DNA of 32,000 bases from Emticicia soli (GTDB lineage Bacteria > Bacteroidota > Bacteroidia > Cytophagales > Spirosomataceae), in assembly GCF_037860775.1 (NCBI RefSeq), contig NZ_JBBEWC010000003.1, forward strand, positions 178,969 to 210,968. The letters are read 5' to 3'. Positions 25,324 through 32,000 of the stretch are shown piece by piece. The notes under the pieces are model-generated. The model did not search any database and was not told the DNA's origin. It saw nothing but the letters and a program-made list of their open reading frames with translations. Position 1 is the first letter of the stretch, and the number at the start of each line of letters is the position of its first letter. Both the position numbers and the translations under genes were made by a program.

Positions 25324-27573
25324 ATGAAAAAGACCCGGCCTTTGCTGATAGTGTTTTTACTATTTGCTGTGTATAGCCATGCCCAAAAAAATGTATATCA
25401 TGAAGTAAACCTTGCAAAAAAAACGCATGCGGCTCTAAAACTTTCATCGCTTTTCCGAACACCTATTGCGGCTTCAAATACACAGAAAGCATTAGTAAGC
25501 AATAATTCAGCTGTTGAATTTTCGGTAAATAAAACAGAGTTGAAAAAGTTGAGCCAGCAACAAATCCCTTTTCTGAGCCTTACTATTCCGGCCTCTACAC
25601 AAAATGCATTTGAACTAGAATTAATTCCCATCAATATCTATGGTCCTCAGTTTAGATTACTCAACGCCGAAAATCAGGAAGTTCCTTTCGTTAAATCTAC
25701 GCATTATAAGGGTGTTGTTAAAGGGGACCCTAAGTCTTTGGTGGCACTAAGCGTTGGTAATGGAGAGATAAGCGGCTTTATTTCAAACAAAGATGGTAAT
25801 TATGTATTAGGTAAACTCAAGAAATCAGAAAATTATGTTTTGTATAATGATAAAGATTTGCTGGACAAAAAAGCTTTTAACTGCGAAGCAATTGAAGAAA
25901 AAATTGCACAGGCTGCTGAGGTTGGCTCTTGCAGCACTGCCCCCGTTCGGGATACTACTGCGGCATGTAATCCGGTACTGATTCATCTGGAAGCAGACTA
26001 CCAGATATTTAAAGACCAGGACTCAAGCATGGTAACAGCCACTAATTTTGTTACCCATTTATTTGCTCAGGTTGTGGTTTTATATGACCGTGAATGGATA
26101 AATATGCAGATTGCTGAACTTAAAATCTGGAACAGAAATGAGCCTTTTATGTCTCCTTGGACGGCTACCTTCCAACAAGTGTATCATGCTTTTGGCTATT
26201 ATATCGCCGATTCTCTGGGTGGAAATTTTAATGGGCATATTGCACATCTATTGTCAGGTAAGCCCTTAGGTGGCGGCATGGGAGAAATAGACGTGTTATG
26301 TAGCAAAGGGTGGTCTGTAACAACAAGTGTTGGAGATACAGTAATAGAACTACCCACGTACTCAAGGGCTGTAAAAGTGATTACGCATGAAATCGGGCAT
26401 AACTTAGGGTCATCGCACACAAATAGTTGCCGATGGCCTTGTGGTGCGCTTGATAACTGCTGGACAATTGAACCACGACCAGATGGAGGGAGATGTACTA
26501 TGAGCCCATTCCCTGAGGTGAGAGGTACTATCATGAGTTACTGCGATATAGGCGGTGCTAGTATTGATTTGTATAATGGTTTTGGAATCTTGCCCGGAAA
26601 TCTGATAAGACAAAAGGTGCAGGCATGTATGGGTAATACAAAACCTGCTGTTAACCTTTCGGCTATCAATGTGTATAGAAATACAGCGCATCTTTTATGG
26701 GAGCATCCGGTAGGAGAGGGCGACTACACCATTGAGTATAAACCAGCTTCATCTAGCACATGGATAAGTAAAGCAACAAATATAGAAGGGCTTATTGTTA
26801 CAGGGCTTCTGTCAAATACTGCATACGACTGGCGTGTAAAAGTTGATTGTTCTCCGTATACTACTTCTACTTTTACTACTAATAATCAGCCACCGGTAGA
26901 ATATTGTAAAACCAATTATACTTATTCTTGTGATACCTGGCCGGTAAAGATGATTGCTTTTCAGATTAATGATGTTTACTTTAGTCAAGAGTACGAATGT
27001 CTGCCTGCAGGCCAGCAACCGTTTAATTTTAAACCCATACGTAATCTAAATAAAGGGCAGGTGCAGAATTTTATTATCCATCCGGGTAGTGTAGGAGGGT
27101 CTTTTGTGCATGCATCTATCTGGATAGATTTTAATAAAAATGGTAGTTTTGAAACGACAGACAAAGTTTTTGTTACACAGGACTCAACTAATAGCGGTAC
27201 TATTTCAGGCTCGTTTACAATTCCTGATTCGGTTGTTACACAGAAATACACCCGTATGCGAGTAATGTTGACAATGGACGAAAAGCCACTGGCTACTTGC
27301 GGTAATTATATTACCGGAGAAACAGAAGATTATTTAATAAATATTGAAGGTAATTGCCCTACAATTGTCTCTCTTTACAATCCTGTAAATAACATTGTGG
27401 CAGGTGGGCAAATAATACAGGCATTAGCTACGGGCGGAACGATTAATGCCACTAATCATATAGATGCTATTGGAACAATGGCTACTTATCAATCAAATGT
27501 TATTAATCTCTCGCCCGGCTTTAAGGCTGAAAAAGGTACGATATTTAAGGCTGAAACAGGAGGATGCAATTAA
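25324..27573 (+). CDS. Secreted multidomain zinc metalloprotease (metzincin, reprolysin/M12B-like) with FN3 and GEVED domains
   Basis: The signal peptide is MKKTRPLLIVFLLFAVYSHAQ. It has HEIGHNLGSSH (HExxHxxGxxH) plus a Met-turn TIMSY, an FN3-like segment (AHLLWEHPVGEGDYTIEYKP...YDWRVKV), a GEVED-type motif GETEDY, and a C-terminal tail LSPGFKAEKGTIFKAE. Confidence 0.8.
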   Translation: MKKTRPLLIVFLLFAVYSHAQKNVYHEVNLAKKTHAALKLSSLFRTPIAASNTQKALVSNNSAVEFSVNKTELKKLSQQQIPFLSLTIPASTQNAFELELIPINIYGPQFRLLNAENQEVPFVKSTHYKGVVKGDPKSLVALSVGNGEISGFISNKDGNYVLGKLKKSENYVLYNDKDLLDKKAFNCEAIEEKIAQAAEVGSCSTAPVRDTTAACNPVLIHLEADYQIFKDQDSSMVTATNFVTHLFAQVVVLYDREWINMQIAELKIWNRNEPFMSPWTATFQQVYHAFGYYIADSLGGNFNGHIAHLLSGKPLGGGMGEIDVLCSKGWSVTTSVGDTVIELPTYSRAVKVITHEIGHNLGSSHTNSCRWPCGALDNCWTIEPRPDGGRCTMSPFPEVRGTIMSYCDIGGASIDLYNGFGILPGNLIRQKVQACMGNTKPAVNLSAINVYRNTAHLLWEHPVGEGDYTIEYKPASSSTWISKATNIEGLIVTGLLSNTAYDWRVKVDCSPYTTSTFTTNNQPPVEYCKTNYTYSCDTWPVKMIAFQINDVYFSQEYECLPAGQQPFNFKPIRNLNKGQVQNFIIHPGSVGGSFVHASIWIDFNKNGSFETTDKVFVTQDSTNSGTISGSFTIPDSVVTQKYTRMRVMLTMDEKPLATCGNYITGETEDYLINIEGNCPTIVSLYNPVNNIVAGGQIIQALATGGTINATNHIDAIGTMATYQSNVINLSPGFKAEKGTIFKAETGGCN

Positions 27574-27580
27574 CTATTTA

Positions 27581-27610
27581 GTGAATTGGTGATTTTGTGA
27601 ATGAGTGATT
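27581..27610 (+). repeat. Phased (GTGAWTnn)x4 array directly 3' of the metalloprotease stop codon
   Basis: GTGAAT is at 27581, GTGATT at 27589, GTGAAT at 27597 and GTGATT at 27605, an exact 8-nt period. The array starts 8 nt after the TAA at 27571..27573. The same array, in the same orientation relative to the upstream gene, follows the ilvB stop. Confidence 0.8.
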
Positions 27611-27660
27611 AAGCGTATGTCGCCCAGCGAATATTTAATCATTTTAACTTAATCAAAAAT

Positions 27661-28932
27661 TTAGAGCTTATCAATTTTTGTTTCTTTGATAATGCCATTG
27701 CCTTTAAAGATGAAGCCTATTTCTTTCAGTTCTCCAAGAGACTTGGTATAAGTAGTTTTAAATATCTCTTTACCGTTTAATTCTATACTCATGGCTTGCT
27801 TGGCATTTATTACTTTGATATTTTGCCAATGGTATATATTTGTGCCAAAGGCTGTTAAATCGAGCTTTTTGCCATCAAATGTCTTTTCGCTGATGCTGGT
27901 TTTAAGTTCACTTTCACAGCCTTTTGCACCAAGATTGATATACATATATTCGTATTGGCCTTTTATTAGTAGCGCAATACCGGGGCATACAATACCGGTA
28001 GAATCCATTTTGAAGTCAGAACTAAAAACAAAATTATTACCATCGATATTAAAATCACGGCTATCATGGAAAGTCAGAAAGAACGGCTCGCCAATGTTAA
28101 TTTTATTATCAAGCAAAGCCTCTTTTCCAACACCTACAATACCATCAGAAAGCCAAAGAGTAGAAGGCAGTATTTTGTTTTCTAAAGTATTCTGATGTGC
28201 GGCAATTACCCAATCTTTGGTTTTTATATGTACCGGAATCTCTTTTATGATAGAATCATCGGCTATTAGTTTAGCCATGTAATACCCCGGTAGGTAATAA
28301 ATATCTGTTTGTTTATAATTTCGTTTTGCTACTTCAACCCTGCGCCTTTGGTCCCACGATTGTTGAATATAGAACTTATGTGCATCAACCGAATCTACAT
28401 TATAAGTAAACACTACGGTATTTGGCACTGTGCCATTAACCGATGTTTTAGCCGAAAACTGAATAGCAGCATGCGCTATGGTTTTTTTTGCAGAAATGCC
28501 TTTCAACACAAAAAAAGCAGCCAGAAATATAAGTAGTGCGGCTGCTGTTACCCATATATATGCCGCTTGTTGTTTATTACGCTTTTTTGGCTGAACAGGC
28601 ACCGCTTCTTTAAGCTCTTCTAGCGATTCAGTACTTATTACCTCAACAGGCTTTGTAGAATTTAATTTTAAGCTTAGCCAATCGGTTGCATAAGCAATAT
28701 GGCTAAGGGCATCTAAAGTGGCTATATGTGGCAGGCGGTTGTATTCGTTTCGCCAGATACGCTTTATAGTAGTAAGGCTTATTTTTACGCCTGATTTCTC
28801 TTCAATAAAAAATACCAGAAACTCATAATCTTTCTGGCTCCAGTTTTCGTGCCGGGCAAGTCCTGCCTTTTTACTTACTTCTTTTTTTAAAGTTTCTAAT
28901 AATTGTTCGTCTATGTGGTTTATGTCGCTCAT
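27661..28932 (-). CDS. Hypothetical single-pass membrane protein: cytoplasmic N-terminal domain, TM segment, extracytoplasmic beta-rich domains
   Basis: It is 423 aa. The hydrophobic segment is AAYIWVTAAALLIFLAAFFVL at about aa 123-143. The N-terminal ~110 aa are helical and possibly HTH-like (ISLTTIKRIW). The C-terminal region ends with a jelly-roll-like ELNGKEIFKT motif. Confidence 0.6.
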   Translation of the reverse strand: MSDINHIDEQLLETLKKEVSKKAGLARHENWSQKDYEFLVFFIEEKSGVKISLTTIKRIWRNEYNRLPHIATLDALSHIAYATDWLSLKLNSTKPVEVISTESLEELKEAVPVQPKKRNKQQAAYIWVTAAALLIFLAAFFVLKGISAKKTIAHAAIQFSAKTSVNGTVPNTVVFTYNVDSVDAHKFYIQQSWDQRRRVEVAKRNYKQTDIYYLPGYYMAKLIADDSIIKEIPVHIKTKDWVIAAHQNTLENKILPSTLWLSDGIVGVGKEALLDNKINIGEPFFLTFHDSRDFNIDGNNFVFSSDFKMDSTGIVCPGIALLIKGQYEYMYINLGAKGCESELKTSISEKTFDGKKLDLTAFGTNIYHWQNIKVINAKQAMSIELNGKEIFKTTYTKSLGELKEIGFIFKGNGIIKETKIDKL

Positions 28933-29059
28933 AGTCAGGCTTTTATCAAAACAATCGTAAAACAGTTGGAAAACAATTCAATCTTGTGAGCATAAATTTC
29001 TGCAAGCGCACTCATCTTGCGGCGTAAAAAATTATTACTCAAAATTTAATATAATTATT

Positions 29060-30124
29060 ATGAAAATGCTCAAAATCAAGTCATTTATTGTTGCTACATT
29101 ATTTATTTTTTCTCTTAGCCTACAAGCACAAAATACCCTGAAAGACTGGCAGGCGTTCTCAGAAAACAACGAGCCTGTGAGTTTGGCAGAGCAAACATAC
29201 AAAGAAAAAACCTGTGTAAAACTTGATGGTAAAAAAGAAGCAATAGTTATTAACAAAGCTAAGAACTACCAGAATTTCAGGATAGAGTTTGATGTAGCTA
29301 GCCAAGTAATGGCAGGGGTGGGCTTTCATGTAAAAAATGAGCAAAACTACCAGTTCTTGTATTTCAGACCTGGCTATGGCGGCACACAAGAGGCTATTCA
29401 GTATATACCTATTTACAATGGTGGTTTAAGCTGGGTACTTTACCATTACCCCATCTACGAGGCTAAAACAGATATTAAATCATTAGAGTGGTTTCATGCG
29501 ACTATTGAGGTACGAAACAAGATTCTGAAAGTATTTGTGAATCATAAGAAAGAGGCTGACCTAACTCTTACACTGCTGGACACTGATACTGAAAGTGGCA
29601 ACATTTTATTAAGAAGTATGTTTGGCGATTCTTATTTTGCCAACGTCTATATACAGGAGATTCCGAAAACTATTACCGACTGGAGTATATCGGAGCAATT
29701 GCCTCGTGATAAATCTTACGATTACTCGGATGTGAAAAAAATGAAGACGTGGACTAAAATTAATGATAAGCGTGATGAAATGGTAAACCTGAAAAGATAT
29801 TTTGAATACCCCAATGGCACAGTATTTACCAAAAAAACAGTTAGCTCTGATGCCGACAAGCCTCACTTACTGTATTTTGATTTTACCGGAAAACTACAGA
29901 TTTTTCTGAACGGGAAAGAAGTATTTAACTACGCTAAATACAAACTCGACCGACTGGATAATTACGAAAACTGTATTGTGCTTGACTTCAAAAAAGGCGA
30001 AAACGAATTGGTCTTTATCATAGAAGGCGATGCCTTTGTATTTGGTAAAGGCTTTAACTCAATGGGTAGATTTCAACACCAGAACTGGGGATTTGTGGCA
30101 TCGTTGGTAGAGAAAAACCGATAA
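29060..30124 (+). CDS. Secreted hypothetical protein with ConA/LamG-like (DUF1080-like) beta-sandwich features
   Basis: The signal peptide is MKMLKIKSFIVATLFIFSLSLQAQ. WFHATIEVRNKILKVFVNHK and IFLNGKEVFNY resemble lectin/LamG strand patterns. The assignment is tentative. Confidence 0.55.
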   Translation: MKMLKIKSFIVATLFIFSLSLQAQNTLKDWQAFSENNEPVSLAEQTYKEKTCVKLDGKKEAIVINKAKNYQNFRIEFDVASQVMAGVGFHVKNEQNYQFLYFRPGYGGTQEAIQYIPIYNGGLSWVLYHYPIYEAKTDIKSLEWFHATIEVRNKILKVFVNHKKEADLTLTLLDTDTESGNILLRSMFGDSYFANVYIQEIPKTITDWSISEQLPRDKSYDYSDVKKMKTWTKINDKRDEMVNLKRYFEYPNGTVFTKKTVSSDADKPHLLYFDFTGKLQIFLNGKEVFNYAKYKLDRLDNYENCIVLDFKKGENELVFIIEGDAFVFGKGFNSMGRFQHQNWGFVASLVEKNR

Positions 30125-30151
30125 GGTTTCAGATTAGCCACAATAAGTAAT

Positions 30152-30187
30152 AAAGTTTCAAGAAGCATATTTGCTTCTTGAAACTTT
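30152..30187. terminator. Bidirectional terminator between convergent genes
   Basis: AAAGTTTCAAGAAGCA (30152..30167), loop TATT, and TGCTTCTTGAAACTTT (30172..30187) form a perfect 16-bp stem. Confidence 0.7.
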
Positions 30188-30206
30188 AATGTTGTACATG
30201 TTGTAA

Positions 30207-30713
30207 TCATCTTAAAAAGATGATAGGTTTCAGTTCTTTCTCAAATTTGCTGATAATTTGTGCAAGTTGTCCCTTTTGGCGGCTTTCAGCCCAACCTATA
30301 TTTTCGTATAAAATACCCTCGTAATTGTTATCTAGCACCAAGCCGCTTTTATAGACTGTCGAATCGTTTTTTAGAATGTAGATATGGCTATCAATCTTTA
30401 GCGACTCGTAACCTGTACTATTAAATTCGCAGTTGCGTAACTGATTCAATACCTTACAGTCAGAAGACTTCAGTACTCTACTATTGGGGAAATTCGAGCT
30501 CGAGCTCATCAGGTCGCTAAAACCTATAACTACATAAGCTCTATAACCACCTTTTAGAAAATCAAATTGTTGGAATGGCTTGTTTTCATTTTGAATGCTT
30601 GTTAAGCTGTCTGGAATATTTTCATTTACAATAAAAGGATATAAGCCCAGATTATACAAAATCAACAAGCCTATACCAAGTATAGTAAAGGAAAGAATGA
30701 TTATCCTCTTCAT
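30207..30713 (-). CDS. Hypothetical membrane-anchored or secreted protein
   Basis: It is 168 aa with an ATG start and the N-terminal hydrophobic segment IIILSFTILGIGLLILYNL. I recognise no family. Confidence 0.5.
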   Translation of the reverse strand: MKRIIILSFTILGIGLLILYNLGLYPFIVNENIPDSLTSIQNENKPFQQFDFLKGGYRAYVVIGFSDLMSSSSNFPNSRVLKSSDCKVLNQLRNCEFNSTGYESLKIDSHIYILKNDSTVYKSGLVLDNNYEGILYENIGWAESRQKGQLAQIISKFEKELKPIIFLR

Positions 30714-30881
30714 AGAATCATACAGTAAAAGTTTAGCTTATTGAAATAGTGTATTTCGTCAGCGCAATTCTATTCATTTTTTGGGGCAATACAAAAATAA
30801 AATTATCCATCGGTACCCTGTTTTTTGACGTATCCACTTAATATAATTTATAAAATACGAGTAAGTAATACCTATAAATGC

Positions 30882-30912
30882 CAGCGGCCCACCTGTAACA
30901 GGCGGGCCGCTG
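30882..30912 (-). terminator. GC-rich hairpin downstream of the 30949..31659 gene
   Basis: CAGCGGCCC (30882..30890) pairs with GGGCCGCTG (30904..30912), and an inner CCTG/CAGG extension is possible. An AT-rich tail follows on the sense strand. Confidence 0.55.
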
Positions 30913-30948
30913 AAATAATTAATTCAATTAACTATTACTTATAATTTA

Positions 30949-31659
30949 TCATTTTGGTCTTTTGAAAGTGTTTTCATCAACCGGAGCATTAATCTTAATT
31001 TTGTTTGTAATGAAGGCTATCGCTCCCATTTGTGAAACTATGTCCATCGTATAAGCAAACTTAATGCCGTCTACATCTTTATAATCAGAGAAACTGATTT
31101 CTGCTTCTTGTCCGTTGGCTGATGCTTTCGTTTTGGTTAGCAAATAAGTTTTGGCATCAATGTACTGGTCTATTACATCACCATCAGCAGTAGTAACTTT
31201 CAGGTGATAATTGTCTTTTTTCTCTACTTTTTCAGTACCAACCAGCTCTACTTTGTTTCCTTTTTCTTTATAGTTATAAAGTGGACCGAATGGGTCAAGC
31301 TGACCTTTCAACTGTTTTAGTTCATTAGCAGGCATATCTTGTGGTTCGCCTGTGCCACCCATCATTGTCGGGCGAATCATCCAGGCAGAAGTACCATCAT
31401 AAGCTTGTACCATAGAGTTACCCATTACTGTTGACTCTGCGCGCACAGCTTTGTTAACAAGTAAAGTACTTACACTCGGAATCTCCATCCCTTGTACCGA
31501 CAATGAGCGGTCGATAACAATAGTATTAACAGATTTTAGCTTTTCGGCACCGCCCATAGCTTCAATGTGTTTGTCTACAATTTCATCTACAGTTTGTGCA
31601 AAACTGCTCACCGAAATAAAGGCCGCTACTGTTGTAGCAAAAATTTTGTTCATTTTCAT
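30949..31659 (-). CDS. Secreted hypothetical protein, LolA-like / outer-membrane lipoprotein-sorting-type fold candidate
   Basis: The signal peptide is MKMNKIFATTVAAFISVSSFAQ. The N-terminal VDEIVDKHIEAMGG..KLKS motif is common in this Bacteroidota family. It is 236 aa. Confidence 0.55.
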   Translation of the reverse strand: MKMNKIFATTVAAFISVSSFAQTVDEIVDKHIEAMGGAEKLKSVNTIVIDRSLSVQGMEIPSVSTLLVNKAVRAESTVMGNSMVQAYDGTSAWMIRPTMMGGTGEPQDMPANELKQLKGQLDPFGPLYNYKEKGNKVELVGTEKVEKKDNYHLKVTTADGDVIDQYIDAKTYLLTKTKASANGQEAEISFSDYKDVDGIKFAYTMDIVSQMGAIAFITNKIKINAPVDENTFKRPK

Positions 31660-31713
31660 GTTAAGTCTAATTAAAGTGTATTCATTAAGTTTATTAAGGG
31701 TCTTTTCTTAGGT

Positions 31714-31745
31714 GCTCACGCTATTGTTATGAGCAAAGCGTGAGC
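31714..31745 (-). terminator. Hairpin downstream of the outer-membrane protein gene
   Basis: GCTCACGCT (31714..31722) pairs with AGCGTGAGC (31737..31745), a 9-bp stem. The T-tract is weak. Confidence 0.4.
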
Positions 31746-31759
31746 GTATTTATTGGGTA

Positions 31760-32000
31760 TTATCTTGGTTGGCCACCGCCTTGCGTGCCTCCACCTTGCG
31801 TGCCTCCGCCTTGTCCGTCGCTTTTCACGTCATCGTTATTTACCGAGCGGGCTTTTTTCTTAGGTGCATCAACTGTCATTTTACCAATTTTGTAAGTAAA
31901 TGTTAAACGCACACCTCTGTTGTACATATATATGTTACTTACCTGGTTAAACTGTGCTGATTTCAACTCAGAATTAATGGTAAAGCGTTTGTTGAAGAAG
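31760..32000 (-). CDS. C-terminal end of an outer-membrane beta-barrel family protein (5' part outside the window)
   Basis: The frame is open from 31999 to the stop at 31760 (FFNKRFTINSELKSAQFNQVSNIYMYNRGVRLTFTYKIGK...). The terminal beta-strand pattern is followed by a low-complexity tail GGGTQGGGTQGGGQPR. Confidence 0.6.
   Translation of the reverse strand, partial: FFNKRFTINSELKSAQFNQVSNIYMYNRGVRLTFTYKIGKMTVDAPKKKARSVNNDDVKSDGQGGGTQGGGTQGGGQPR

Noticed and set aside
25049-25462. 137-aa minus-strand ORF overlapping the start of the metalloprotease gene
   Set aside because: It lies mostly in an AT-rich promoter region and has a low-complexity, hydrophobic or odd composition. It overlaps the well-supported signal peptide of the plus-strand gene, and I recognise no motif. 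It is most likely spurious.
31763-31810. 15-bp tandem repeat encoding GGGTQGGGTQGGGQ at the C-terminus of the outer-membrane protein
   Set aside because: Gly-rich low-complexity tails after the last beta-strand seem common in this OMP family as far as I recall. It is probably a slippage-prone linker rather than a functional element. The only note is possible copy-number variation.
1-32000. Search for CRISPR arrays, tRNA/rRNA genes, transposases, integrases, reverse transcriptases and phage genes
   Set aside because: I saw no regularly spaced 25-40-nt direct repeats, no cloverleaf-like tRNA sequences and no ORFs with recombinase, RT or capsid motifs. The only repeats are the short palindromic and phased elements reported above.

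Overview
This is an AT-rich chromosomal window that looks Bacteroidota-like. Evidence: TAnnTTTG-type -7 boxes, no Shine-Dalgarno sequences, and GEVED, WbqC and GH3-serine-hydrolase fusion protein types. It has three blocks. (i) 1-7508, all minus strand: a surface-glycan-modification-like gene set (PhyH dioxygenase, beta-propeller glycosidase-like protein, SAM methyltransferase, LbH acyltransferase, WbqC, large GT-C-like membrane protein). It is interrupted by a higBA toxin-antitoxin pair and by a DUF559 endonuclease mini-cassette. (ii) 7569-16125, minus strand: a branched-chain amino acid operon ilvD-[FkbM methyltransferase]-ilvB-ilvN-[GxxExxY nuclease-fold gene]-ilvC-ilvA. A 16-codon Val/Ile/Leu-rich leader peptide with a terminator/antiterminator attenuator precedes it, and neither is in the ORF track. 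(iii) 16204-32000: two MBL-fold hydrolases, a GH3 + serine-hydrolase fusion, Lon protease, an AlkA-type glycosylase, a secreted multidomain metzincin, several hypothetical secreted or membrane proteins, and the 3' end of an outer-membrane beta-barrel gene. The most unusual signal is that every enlarged spacer of the ilv operon holds a large imperfect palindrome or repeat unit. In addition, two small restriction-endonuclease-fold genes (DUF559, GxxExxY) sit inside operons, each bracketed by its own inverted-repeat elements. A phased (GTGAWTnn)x4 array also occurs directly after the stop codons of two unrelated genes. I found no CRISPR array, tRNA, rRNA, transposase or integrase. All functional calls come from motif recognition by eye, not from database searches.
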